A DNA stretch of 63,365 bases, filler included, from Reticulomyxa filosa (GCA_000512085.1; 27 parts of 27 records of this genome joined end to end with filler, not necessarily neighbours in it); one strand, 5' to 3'; shown: positions 1 to 11,706, counted from the first letter of the whole stretch. Notes: generated by a model from the letters alone, not told the origin. Translations and numbers: made by a program.

Positions 1-2128
1 CACCACCACCACCCCAGGTCTGTCCTGCGCTTTGACACGTCGTCCATCCTCCCTTCGTTTTTGTTCGTCGTGTCCAGTGGCACTCCATTGAAGAGGTCAT
101 TGGCATTGCTGGCCCAGCAGTTGGGCTTGAATTATGTGTACAAGAACTGCATTGACTTATTGGGAGCCACCATTCCGCAAACTGTTTTGTAGAGTCCATC
201 TTTGATCTTTTGGAATATTTTAACAAGGAATAGAAGAGACATCATACAAGCAAACTGCAAATGATAATTTTTTTTTTTAAAAAAATTATTAAATAAATCA
301 ATAAAATAAAAAAAAAAATAAAAATAAAAAATAAAAAATAAAAAATAAATAAAAAAAAAAAGTAGCACACACGTATCGAGCTTTTTAAATGAGGCAATGG
401 CATGCTCTCCCGTGGTACTGCATTTGCATGGCCTGAAAATATTTTCGTTTGAAACGCAAGCACACCAGTTTTACAACGTGGACGGGCCCAAGCCAATGCA
501 GCCTGTGGTCCACGTCTTCACCTCGTTCTTCCAACGCTACTCGCGATTACGTGCGAAGCAGCTGCAACAATACCATCGCGGAGGAAAACAAGGAAGAGGA
601 GGAGGAGGAGGAGGAGGTAGAGGCAGTAGAGGTAGTGGTGGTGTCCAACAGTCCAAACTAGTCATATTGGTTGGCAGCAGCGATAACCTCCACGATCTGA
701 CTCCAGAACTCCGCGCGCTGTTTACGTACGAACACGTGTTGGAGCCTCCGACCTTGCAGGACAGCGAGATTGTGCCGGAGGCACTCCGCAATTACATCCG
801 CACCGACAGCTCGAAGCGCCCATCGACAGTAACTCAAAAGGCCATCGAACTGAATTCGGATAAAAAGGAGACAGCCAAAAAAAAAACAAGTCGGAGTCGG
901 AGGACAAGAACGACCAAGTTCAATCGAAACGTCAAGACAAGGCAAGCGAATCGGAGGAGGAAAAGGATAACAATAACAATAACAATAACAATAACAATAA
1001 TAATAAGGATAAGGACAAAATAGACGAAGAGAACAACGAACTCAAGTTAATCGACGGATTGAATAGCCGACAATTGTATGAAGTGATCACTCAGGCCGTG
1101 TATTTGCAAGACAAAGACAAAGCATGGGAGTATTTGCGATACGTGTCGATGGAAAGGACAGAGGACAATGACGACGGCAGTGGAGACGGGAAGAATCGAA
1201 TGGAGTGTCTCAGCGAATACGTCCACAACAAAGACAAGCGGAAACAGGTGATGAACAATGGACCTCACTCCAATCAAAACATCAAAGTCATCAAAGCTGT
1301 TCAAAAACGACGACGTATCGAAAAAAACAAGAGTTTAAAAAGTATTTACAAGAAGCGATACACGTCATTCGAAATAGACAATCGCTGTTAGGTATGTGCT
1401 GAGAATAATAGAATGACATTAAACATTATTATATATATACACATATATATATATATATGTATATATACATATGTTCGAATGTTCTCTTCCATTTCTTTAT
1501 TACTTTTTATCACACATATTTCAACACTTTGGTTTTTTTTTTTTTTTTTTGTTTAAACAAAAAAAACAAACAGGAATGTCATCGGTGAGCGCTGCGAGTA
1601 TACCCTCCGTGTATTGGGATGATGTCGGTGGACTTGAACACGCGAAAAAGGAAATATTGGATATCATCCAGTTACCCTTGAAATATCCGGAAATATTCAA
1701 CAATCCCAACCACCCTATCAAACAATCGTCAGGCTTACTTTTGTACGGCCCTCCTGGCACGGGCAAAACCCTATTGGCGAAGGCCGTGGCGACCGAGTTC
1801 AATTTGAACTTTATCAGCGTGAAAGGGCCCGAACTGTTGAATATGTACATTGGACAGAGCGAACAAAATATTCGAGAAGTGTTTGCTAAAGGCCGCAAAT
1901 CAAGGCCTTGCGTGCTCTTCTTCGACGAAATCGACGCGCTTGCGCCTTCGCGTGGCAAAGGATTCGACGGGGGAAATGTCATGGACCGAGTCGTGTCTCA
2001 ATTGTTGACTGAGTTGGATAGTGGCCAAGACAATAGCAATCTCTTTGTCATTGCCGCGACGAACCGTCCTGATCTGCTTGATCCTTCGTTATTGAGACCA
2101 GGGAGATTAGATAAAATGGTTTATTTAG
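1..2128 (+). CDS. PEX6: Peroxisomal biogenesis AAA ATPase PEX6, partial and multi-exon; best exon 1574-2128 encodes the D2 AAA domain
   Basis: [81 protein letters not shown] and [20 protein letters not shown] match PEX6 D2. GT-AG intron at 1392-1573 and donor at 2129. Upstream exons need frameshifts in A-runs near 880 and 1322. Confidence 0.88.
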
Positions 2129-2134
2129 GTTACT

Positions 2135-2172
<38 letters not shown>

Positions 2173-2177
2173 TATTA

Positions 2178-2277
2178 NNNNNNNNNNNNNNNNNNNNNNN
2201 NNNNNNNNNNNNNNNNNNNNNTTAATTAATTAANNNNNNNNNNNNNNNNNNNNNNNNNNNNNNNNNNNNNNNNNNNN
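2178..2277. other. Artificial contig spacer N44-TTAATTAATTAA-N44 (first of 26 copies)
   Basis: Identical 100-nt spacer with stops in all six frames starts at 2178, 4473, 6476, 8049, 9330, 14365, 16389, 21933, 24536, 26226, 27754, 30120, 31594, 38360, 39672, 42213, 43713, 45555, 46752, 52296, 53571, 55499, 57993, 59137, 60850 and 62266. Confidence 0.99.
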
Positions 2278-2300
2278 AAAAAAAAAAAGAGACAACTCAC

Positions 2301-2422
2301 CCTCCTTCAACGAATAAAAATGTCATAACCAATACATGAGGAAGACGAATTTTTATTCCATACACCATCCCGTTTCGAAAGCCTCGAACTATGGACAATA
2401 AATCTTGTATCAGGGTGGGCAT
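2301..2422 (-). CDS. PXMP4: Peroxisomal membrane protein 4 (PMP24, Tim17 family), N-terminal exon; not in the ORF track
   Basis: Manual translation gives MPTLIQDLLSIVRGFRNGMVYGIKIRLPHVLVMTFLFVEG, matching the PXMP4 motif GFRNGxVYGxKIRxPHxLVMTFLF. It ends at a GTGAGT donor (2300-2295). Confidence 0.85.
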
Positions 2423-4619
2423 CAACGTGTGTATCGTTGGCTTCACTCCTGTTGGTGTCCTTTCAATACTGCATTCGTCTCCACCGCTGTTGACGTTTCG
2501 CGGATTCGACGGCGTTCTTCGATTGGCAAACGGGAGGAAAGTGGTTCGTATGCTTGATGCAAAAACGCTGATTCATTCTTTGCTTCTCTATGTGTTTTTT
2601 TTTTTGTGGCGTTTGACTTTTCTTCGTCATCTCTTACATACGCTAACAAGTGTTAGCTGTATCCCTTACCACTTTTCAACTCTTTCCCAAGCCTCTAATG
2701 TTTTTCCCCTCCTTTTCGTTTTGAAACATGGAAATTTTTCCTCTCTCGCTCCTAAACACACATTTCTGGCTCAATCATTTCTTTTGCTTTATTTTTTGTA
2801 AATTAATAACATATTGCTAAGAAGGGATTATATGTTTTAAAGGGCACTCTAAAAGAAACTTTGGTGGGTGAGAGTTCAAATACCGTTTACATTTTGGTTT
2901 GCCTTATATTCTCAAGAATCGACAAAATCACTTCTGTTTGCAAAAGTTAATTTATTTTGCGAATGTTCTTCAAAAAGAAAAGGCTTGCATATCTTTAAAA
3001 CAGTAAGACTTTTAGGAAGTTTAATTTGTTCTAGCTTCATATATAAAAAGAATATAATACGATTTGTGGCTAAGTTTATCACGTCTCTACAATGCATCTG
3101 CGCTCATTTTAAAGGCTATGATTTGTTCATATAATCTGCCAAATTTCTTTTGCACTGTCTCATGTATAGCAGCTAGTGTCAATATTCGAAACGTATATCT
3201 AAAATTTTCTTCTGAAATTTGCAGCAAGGTTGTTATGTATCCGTGGAAAAAATTAAAAGATTTTTTGCGCAACTGAGTTTCGGAAGCATTTTATTTTAAT
3301 ACAAAATAATTAATAATAGAGTTGTAGTGCTTCCTTGTTTTCTGCAATTTATTGCTTTAATTTTTTTTTAAAAGAAACAAGTTTTTACTAGCTGTATTCT
3401 AATCTTATTAAATTTCACAAATTACTTTTTTACATTTAAGTTCAACAGTCAACATTTTTCGAATTACATTTCTATGCCTTTTTCAATATATCTGTAGAAT
3501 CTATTTAAAACTATTGGAACAACGATCCATTGTTACTAAAACGTGTTTGCTGAATTTCTTTGATATTTTTGATTTAAATTAATCTAACTTTTCGTTTTGT
3601 GCTGAAGCTTCTCGAAATATTACATTTTCGTGCATTGTAACAAACTTCAAATACTACTTTCATTTGAAATATTTTTTTTATCACTTCTCAATTGTAAAAT
3701 GATTATTTTGTCAATATTATCATTATATTCTGGTATGCAATGGAAAAAGACTGCCACATTGAAGATAATTGATTATTAGAAAATATTTCTTTCATTCGTT
3801 TAATGTTTTTTTTGAAGAAAAGTTTACAAAAAGCATCATATTTAATTTTTTTCTAATTTCAAATATGAAACAGTTTAATTCGTTTTCCTTTGTTTTTTAA
3901 AAAGGTGAAGTTGGAGAAGGAATTCAGGTGAAAAAGTATGTGAAGAATGAAAAAAAAACAATTGTTAGAAAGCGCATATAACAAACTTATTTTAAAATTT
4001 TGACGCTGAGCAGCATTTAATCACAAATTTTGTTGCGATGACTACTTTGGCTTGTCTTGGACCTGGATTTCGACTTGGAAGACTGCGATCAGAAGAATAT
4101 GTTCGACTCTGACTGTTTGAATATGAAGAACACAATGTCAATCCCTCTTTGAAAGAGTCCATGGATTATTTGTATCATAATGACAAAGAACTCAATGATT
4201 GGAGTCCACGTTCTTTGTATCACTTCATTGCGTCCTGAATTTTATAATGATGTATAATTTTTTTTGATTTTTTTTTTTGTGGTCGGTTGGGTTGATTGTA
4301 ATGTGCTATGCTCCTCTTATGAGCTCTCATTTGTCTTTAGACAAAAGTTGTGCAAGTACTTTAGAACTTTTTTTTAAGTCAATAAAAGCAATCATAATAA
4401 CAACACAAATCTTACATTTTTATTCGCAACATCTGCATAATCTAATTTTCTTTGTTCTATGATCCAGCTTTTNNNNNNNNNNNNNNNNNNNNNNNNNNNN
4501 NNNNNNNNNNNNNNNNTTAATTAATTAANNNNNNNNNNNNNNNNNNNNNNNNNNNNNNNNNNNNNNNNNNNNGTTGTATGACCAAAAAAAAAAATAAAAA
4601 AATAACATATGAAAGCAAA

Positions 4620-4986
4620 CTGTGAACGTAAAGTCGGGAGGCTGCTCGATGTAGTACAATGCTCGTGGAAGAAAAGACGTTTGGATTTCATCTCGGAAAT
4701 ATATCGACAACATTCTCGAATAAAAGTCGAGCATTATCCCGATCCCCAAACTGATAACTATCTTTACACGTGAGTGGTTATCCCATATCGGGTCGTGGTC
4801 TTCACTCGGGCTCTTCGTGTTCACTGTTGATGGTGTTGTTCCATACGCACTTTTGTTGACGTTGCTTTGACCGACCGCTTTTGGGGAGGGGTGGTTTATT
4901 GGAACACTTGTGTACTCTTCCTCCTCCAAGTCATCTACCACATCTTCTTCTTCACTTTTGATTTTTTTCCGGCCGGAGAATGACAT
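4620..4986 (-). CDS. Probable MFS transporter (metabolite:H+ symporter-like), first exon
   Basis: Acidic disordered N-terminus followed by ISLGIGIMLDFYSRMLSIYFRDEIQTSFLP, resembling the MHS-family TM1 pattern G..LE.YDF..Y.YF...I...FFP; then an intron and the contig end. Confidence 0.45.
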
Positions 4987-6059
4987 TTTTTAAAGTTATT
5001 CGTTTAAATTTTATTTTATTTTTCCCTCCAAACGTTGCTTTATTGGTTGCACAATTCGCGGATAGGATATCTATGTTTTTTATGGACTACCCTTTTAACT
5101 GTGTCTTGTTGCTACATTCCGAAAGTACTGAAATAATGCTTATGTCAAAGAGATGACAAAATAAATTGTGGTCTTTTAGTTTCTTTTCGTCAAAAGTAAT
5201 TGGCTTTTTTTAGAAGAAGAAAATGAAGAAGATAAAACAATCGTGTAAAATTCAAGCTTATATACAACAAAGAAATTGTATGAATACTTAAACAACCAAC
5301 TGTGAAATCCTTGTACAGTGGAAGAACAAACAAGGAAAAAAAATTTAAGACAATACATTCCGCCATCTTCTTTATCATCTCCATTGATCACATGCATGCA
5401 ATTCTTTGCTATCCCAAAAATAAATTACGTTATCAATGATCCAGAACATATTACATTTGAACTAACCGACTCTACTTTAAATCAATTTTCTCCATGAAAA
5501 ATAAACACTTAATTTCTTAAAAAAAATTATCTACAAATCTTGTAGTTTTTAAATATGAAATTGGTTTTCTAATAACTTTCAAGAATTACTATAAGTATAA
5601 TTTAAGACAATTCTCCCAACAATTAATAATTCATCCATATTTAAATGTTGTGGGTAATTTAATCCATTGGGCTACTTGCAACTGTTTGCAAACTAAACAA
5701 ACGTAATGTTTTATGCAATCTTGCTAGTAGCATCGTAAAAGACAAGCTTTGTTAAAGCATGAAGTCTCAAAGGAAAGCGAAATCTGCTCACTTTTTACTT
5801 GAATTTTGTTTTCTTCAAGAACTTGTTTCGTCGTTCTTTTTTACGTTTTGACAAAGAGCAATGGAAACTTCAAAAAAAGTTTTTTGTAGTTGAATTCCTA
5901 CACAAAATGGAATTTTTACTAAGGATTCCTTTAATATCAATCCATAATATCTTTTTTTTTTGTGGTCAAAGGAGATTACTTTTGATACATTTGTTGCGAA
6001 AATTTCATATTACATTTTTTAAAATATATTAACTTTGGGATCATTTTCATGGTATGGTA

Positions 6060-6475
6060 CAAAGTTAGACCGCAATCAGTTTTGACTATGTTATTCGACT
6101 TTAAGTGATATAACTGAAAATTGACTTATGATGAAATTGTATTAAAATTTATAAAAACTGAAAGTATATTTGAGTAGTCCAAGTATCTTCTTTACAAAAT
6201 GCCACTTGTTTGGATTATATGATGTTTAGTTTTGTATTACTGTAATGAACAATGACTCAAGATTTAAGGGTTTATAAAAAAAAATGAATACAAATTTGAA
6301 AAATTCAAAATTACAAAACCACTTTGGGACGATAAATAAATGAATTGCAGACACTGGGGTGAAATTCAGGTGAAAAAAGCTTGACGTAGTACAGAGTTGG
6401 AACGCAATTAGTTTTGAATGGGCTGTAATGTCCTTAATTTAGTATGACTGTAAATTGACTTATAATAAAATTGTA
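6060..6475 (+). repeat. Degenerate direct repeat, about 85-nt units about 330 nt apart
   Basis: 6060-6141 (aaagttagaccgcaatcagttttga...aaattgacttatgatgaaattgta) aligns with 6392-6475 (agagttggaacgcaattagttttga...aaattgacttataataaaattgta). Confidence 0.65.
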
Positions 6476-6575
6476 NNNNNNNNNNNNNNNNNNNNNNNNN
6501 NNNNNNNNNNNNNNNNNNNTTAATTAATTAANNNNNNNNNNNNNNNNNNNNNNNNNNNNNNNNNNNNNNNNNNNN

Positions 6576-7927
6576 CGGTCACAATTTTCAATATAAACTT
6601 TTCTTTTTCAACATTCCAACAAGTTCTTTGTTTTTATTGTTATTCTTTGGCCTCTAGTAATGACTAACAAACTGTATGTAATACAACAATGAATTTTATT
6701 TGAAAGAATACGTATGTGAATGTCTTATCGTGATGCTGGCCAGCAATTTGTGATAAATATGACACATCAAAAAAATGTTACATCAGCATCATCAACAGTT
6801 GAACGATTAAACTCAAAGGATGCTCTGGATGTCCTAAAACGTTGATTAATATAGATGTTACGCTTGCGATGCTCTTAATTTACTCCGGAGATGCACAAAC
6901 AGCATTAAATTTGCAGCAACTACTTGCACTAACATATAAAAGAGTTCTCCGTTAGCACTGTGAAGAACATTTTAAAATCACAGTGTTTAAATGGTTGCAT
7001 ACGTACCAAAAAGCATCTGTTACCAAGCGCAATAAAAAATTAAGTTTAGATTTCGCCAAAAAACACAAATCATGGACCAAAAGTGATTTTTTCCGATCAA
7101 ACGAAAATAAGTCGTTTCGTAAGTGAAAGAAAAAAATACATTTGGCGAAGACATAATGACATGATTTCCGATCGTACTACTAAGCCATTTGAAAGTGGAA
7201 GAGTAAGCATGATGATTTGGTGATGCATGGGTGCAAAATGAATATGTGATACTGCCAAAATCAAAGTAAATTTTAACCCTGAGTTGTATAAAGATATTCT
7301 CGCTGACAAAATTTGGAACTATAGTCAATATTGTATCGAAGAAAAGTATTATGAGTACTTTATCTTTCAGCAAGACAATACATATTGTCATCATCCGCAT
7401 AGCTCAGACCCCAATCCAATCGAGAATCTGTGGCGAATTATAAAGATGAAGATCCACCAAAACCATGATGTTAAGTCTTTGGATCAGCTTTGGGGTGTTT
7501 GAGAAAAGATATGAATAGATTGACAAAGATATTTGTAGAACGTTAGTGGGATCCATGACTGATATGATAAAAGCTTTGATCAAAGCAATGGGTGTGCACA
7601 CGAAATATTAAGAATTTTTGTTTGTGTTTTTTGTTTGTAAATGTACTGTGGAAGCCTCTTCATGTAAATAATTTTATAAAAAGCAAACATTCTTCTACAT
7701 ACTTCAAGGTGATGTGGAGATTTTGCCTCAATTCCAATCATTTTTGAAAATTTTTTTCTTCCAAAACTTTTCTAAATTCCTGTTTATTGTTTTTACAAAC
7801 TACTTATAAAAGTGTAAACGTATATCCAGTAAACCAGAAAAAATCATCACAATTTGCTACTCAAATTTTCGTTAGAAATACAAAAAGTTCATATTTTAGG
7901 ATTTGCTAATTTTTTGTCGCAACTGTA
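6576..7927 (+). mobile_element. Degenerate Tc1/mariner DNA transposon; transposase pseudogene about 6815-7611
   Basis: Frameshifted remnants FAKKHKSWT, VIFSDQTK, MMIW*CMG, FIFQQDN, PNPIENLW and ALIKAMGVHTKY*. The right end ...GCAACTG|TA (7925-7927) is a Tc1-type CAGT terminus plus TA target site. 6590-6612 weakly matches the expected left TIR. Confidence 0.88.
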
Positions 7928-8148
7928 TAATGGTTAAATTAGTATTTTGTGATAATTTTATTTTTTTCCAATAAAAAAATGAAAGTTAAGTAAGTTGATA
8001 TTAAATTTTTTTGAATGCAAGTATTGAAAGACTTGTCATATACTACTTNNNNNNNNNNNNNNNNNNNNNNNNNNNNNNNNNNNNNNNNNNNNTTAATTAA
8101 TTAANNNNNNNNNNNNNNNNNNNNNNNNNNNNNNNNNNNNNNNNNNNN

Positions 8149-8410
8149 CGGCAAAGCTTTTGGCCGGTAATGGTTGGCCCAATACGGCGGCGGCGGCCAA
8201 GCCCAATACTGCCTTGGGCGGGTAGCGCTGGCTGTTGTGCACCAGGTCGTAATCGGTGGAGTCGCTATAGCCGTACGGCGCTGCTGCAGACAGGCTAAAG
8301 CCCGCCAACACGTCTAATACGTGCTGTTGGGTAAGGCCGGCCAACACCTGCCGCAGTTGTTGAATACGGCCGCTGGGGCCGGTGGCTAGGGCCAGATTGT
8401 TGCTTGCCAT
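8149..8410 (-). CDS. ScoMcrA-like N-terminal head domain protein (type IV restriction, HNH or McrB-associated), 3' truncated
   Basis: LTQQHVLDVL...YGYSDSTDYDLVHNSQRYPPKAVLGLAAAAVLGQPLPAKSF matches the S..Y.L...G..YPPKA..G.A......L....F pattern of this head domain. The ORF runs into the contig end. Confidence 0.7.
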
Positions 8411-8650
8411 CTGCGTATTTCAATAAGTTTTTTGCCAGCTTATGGCATGAAATCTATTGATGCAATACGTATATCAATAATGGCAGTTTATTGGTATGTG
8501 ACGCTAAGTACTTGTTGGCGAAGGGGCAGGAGGCGGCTTGCGCACGGCCTTGCGCCACGGCAAACCACAGGGCATTCAGCAGTGGGTGAGCCGGCAAAGG
8601 GCCAATGTTGGCCGCAAGGCGTGGCGGCCAACCTACTGCCGTGTGTGGCG

Positions 8651-9130
8651 TTATGCGGGCAGCGCGGTGCCCAGCTTGTCGGCCACCAGCACAAGCATGG
8701 CCAGCACAAACAACACCGTGGTCAGGCGCAGGGCGCGGGTTTTGCGTTCGCGGATGGCGGCCAGGCTGTTCAGCACGCGGTAGATTTCTTCGCCCCAGTC
8801 CAGCGCCAGGCTGTCGCGGGCGGCCTGGGCCGGGTCGATGCCGGGCTGCACGTAGTAGTAGCCGCCGGGGCCCAGCGGCTGCGGGCTGGTTCGGCTGGGG
8901 CGGATGCGCGGCTTGATCACCAGCAGTGCGGCCAGAAAGGTGGCGCCGGCCAGCACCACAAACAGCTGCCGGCTGCTGGCGTAGGCAAACAGTACGTCGG
9001 CCTTGGTGAGCACCAGGCCCGCCACGCCGGCGATGATCTGCGCCTTGGTATCCAGGTTTTTGATGGTGGTTTGCGTGTCGCTCACCGCGTGCAGCAAACA
9101 GGCGATCTGGTGCTTTTTATCGTATTCCAT
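8651..9130 (-). CDS. Pycsar effector-like membrane protein (PycTM/DUF5706 family), 159 aa from MEYDKK
   Basis: TQTTIKNLDTKAQII (D.KA motif) then TM1 and TM2 ending in LLVIKPR, an aromatic loop (GGYYY), an amphipathic helix LNSLAAIRERKTRALR (I...K...L) and a third TM helix. This is the PycTM/DUF5706 layout. Confidence 0.75.
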   Translation of the reverse strand: MEYDKKHQIACLLHAVSDTQTTIKNLDTKAQIIAGVAGLVLTKADVLFAYASSRQLFVVLAGATFLAALLVIKPRIRPSRTSPQPLGPGGYYYVQPGIDPAQAARDSLALDWGEEIYRVLNSLAAIRERKTRALRLTTVLFVLAMLVLVADKLGTALPA

Positions 9131-9266
9131 GGCAAGGGCGGGCAAAAGGCGGGCGCCGGCCTGCGGCGCAACGGGCGGCAACGTGGCCGCAGCAAGCGGC
9201 CAGCTTGCCATCGGCATGTTGCAACGGGGTGACGGCGAGGTGACGGTGACCAGGTTGGCCGCAATG

Positions 9267-9305
9267 CCCCCCTCACCCCCGGCGCCTCTGCCACTGGGCG
9301 CGGGG
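9267..9305 (+). repeat. REP-like intergenic element (CCCTCACCCC...CCTCTCCC...GGGAGAGGG type), degenerate
   Basis: cccccctcacccccggcgcctctgccactgggcgcgggg resembles the short bacterial repeat that translates as PLTPxPSPxGRG. Confidence 0.5.
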
Positions 9306-9429
9306 TGGCAAACACCGGCATGCTGCTGGNNNNNNNNNNNNNNNNNNNNNNNNNNNNNNNNNNNNNNNNNNNNTTAATTAATTAANNNNNNNNNNNNNNN
9401 NNNNNNNNNNNNNNNNNNNNNNNNNNNNN

Positions 9430-11706
9430 GATTGAGATTGAAAAGAAACATTGCCAATTGGATGCAATCTATTGATCCTAATGTATTGGGAATTTAATGC
9501 TGTATAAGGAATTTCCAAGCAGTTGCAACGGAAATTGTTATTTGAAAAACATCAGCACAGCATTGAATCAATTCAGTGGCAAGATTAGACGCAGATAAAG
9601 CGTATCTGTTGGCAAAGACATTTGCAGAGCCACCTCAACCTCCAAAGATGTGGATGAGAAGCATTATGAGATTGTAGAAAACGATATTAGATTCAAAGTA
9701 AATGAAAGTTGTATTTGGTCATTTGATATCCATCAAAGTGACAAAGGAGGAGGTTATTGAGTCAATGAGACATCTGTCTCCATATAAAGCACAAGGTCCT
9801 GATAACATCCACAATCAAATTCTCAAGAATGGTGGCAATGCAATGATTGATTCGTTGGAACGTGATATATGCCAATTGAATGGAAAAAGGCAAATATTGT
9901 GCCTATTCCGGTGGTTAAATGAAAAGCGATTATTGCATCAAACAGATGAATTGTTATTGAGATTGACTGAGACAATCCACAAGTCATTCGATTGCAATTC
10001 AGTGACTTATGCGTTGTTGGACATCTCTGCAGCATATGACAGTGTTTGGATTAAGATACAAAATAAGAAATGAATTTCAACTAGATGGAAGATTGTATTG
10101 GTGGATTGATAGCTTTTTATCAGATCGACTTGGAAGGGTTGTATTGAATGTATTGAATTCAATACTGGTGTTCCTCAAGGATCTTCTTCCTATTGTATAT
10201 TAATGACCTACCGGGCATGTTTGCTGATGATGTAGCATTATGGACATCAATATTTACAAGTAATGTAAATGATATGAGCGACCAACTAGGGTTATCACAA
10301 CAAATTCTGGATGAAGTATCCATTTGGTCCAATCAATGGAAGATGTTACTGGCAGCTGATAAGACACCAGAATAAAAAGAATTTCTCAAAGATGAAATTG
10401 ACATTACAGCAATCAAACCTGAAGGAATGCGATCACGTGAAGTATCTAGGAAACTTTAATATTTGACATGCTTATGTTCATACAAAGGAGTTAGACCAAG
10501 TTTATATACGTACAATCTATTATACAAGACCATCATCCGCCCCAGTCTCGAATATGCATCAGCATTTTGGAATGGTGCAGCACACACTCATAAGAAACAA
10601 TTGGAGCGTATACAAAGGATTGAAATGTGTTGAATTCTTGGTGTGATGAACCAGACTGCCTATGGCACAGTAAATATTATTTCCCAACTTCCTCCTCTTG
10701 AATGGCGACGAAGACAAGTGCATCAGATGGTCAGGCCGATTCAATGATCATAATCTTGTATTGGCATACAAGATTTGGAATAAATCAAGACCAAAGACAC
10801 ATCTAAATGATATCTCATGGATTGGCAAACTACGATATTATCCCGTGGATGTATCCATGCAGCTGATGGAGTACCTATAGTTGAACCTGATTCACATACA
10901 ATGATGCCACAATCGAATAAATCACCTTTTGCAATCTTCAGTGAACCAAACATCAGACCAGATTCTGGTATCGTTGGATGATAATTATATTTTGTGATCA
11001 TTACAGATTTTATCGTGAAATAGTAATTGCAAGTTCGTGATTAATGATTCCACAACACAGATCAGCGGCATCCCTGAATAATCATGGATTGAATTCCTAT
11101 TTCACAGAGCAATGGATATTTGAATGAGTGGATAATCCAAGACATATTATGCCACGATATTTGTTATGCATTTATTGATCACTGGCAAAGTTGGATTGAA
11201 TGATTATTTGTTTAACATCCAAAGATCAGAGTCTCCTGATTGTATTTGGTGTGCAGAAGAAGATTGTTGAGCATTTTCTGATTTGCTGTACCAAGATTTA
11301 CGTCGCAGTTGGTGGATAAATATCCAGGCATTGCTTCCAGATATCAATGTATTATCCCTATCGATGAAATATTTCATTATTGGAGACCGAACATGGAAAC
11401 TAGATATTAGGATCAAGGCTGTCAAGGCAGCAGCGAAGTTCGTTATCGGTACCAAGAGAAAGATTGAATCAATTTTCAAGTTTTTCAAGACAAATTTCAA
11501 TTTAATAGAATAACTTTAATGTTTTTCTTTTAATTATTTTTGTGTGGACCAAGTTCTTTCTTTTATTTTTTGTCTTCTTTTGAGTACTGTGTTCTATTTC
11601 TTAAACAAGGTGCTCTTTTAACTTTGTGCAGGTAGAGTGCGAGTTGATGAAGCGATAGAGTAGTCTGACACTTGACACGCCCCCACTGCAACCCATCTAA
11701 AAAAAC
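9430..11706 (+). mobile_element. Degenerate non-LTR retrotransposon (LINE) ORF2 and 3' UTR
   Basis: RT motifs KAQGPDNI, LDISAAYDSVW, GVPQG, MFADDVALW, VKYLG and YKTIIRPSLEYAS; a C-terminal CIWC zinc-knuckle remnant; A-tail near 11699-11705; many stops and deletions. Confidence 0.9.

Larger units (their letters stand above)
8149..9329. other. Bacterial-type contig (contaminant, prey or symbiont)
   Basis: Abrupt shift to high GC (about 60% or more by eye) with GC-rich third codon positions, no introns, no poly-A/T tracts and two prokaryote-type ORFs; bounded by spacers on both sides. Confidence 0.92.

Noticed and set aside
190-366. Non-canonical GC-AG intron in PEX6
   Set aside because: The exon phase cannot be reconciled because of nearby frame errors, so the donor is unresolved.
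2178-2277. Recurring TTAATTAATTAA palindrome as a biological repeat or CRISPR-like array
   Set aside because: Always centred in exactly 44+44 Ns; it is an artificial six-frame-stop contig linker.
1-2422. Peroxisomal gene cluster (PEX6 next to PXMP4)
   Set aside because: The genes are on different contigs separated by a spacer, so adjacency is uninformative.
8432-9232. 266-aa plus-strand ORF and other overlapping ORFs in the GC-rich contig
   Set aside because: Antisense shadows of the minus-strand membrane protein gene, with no recognisable motifs.
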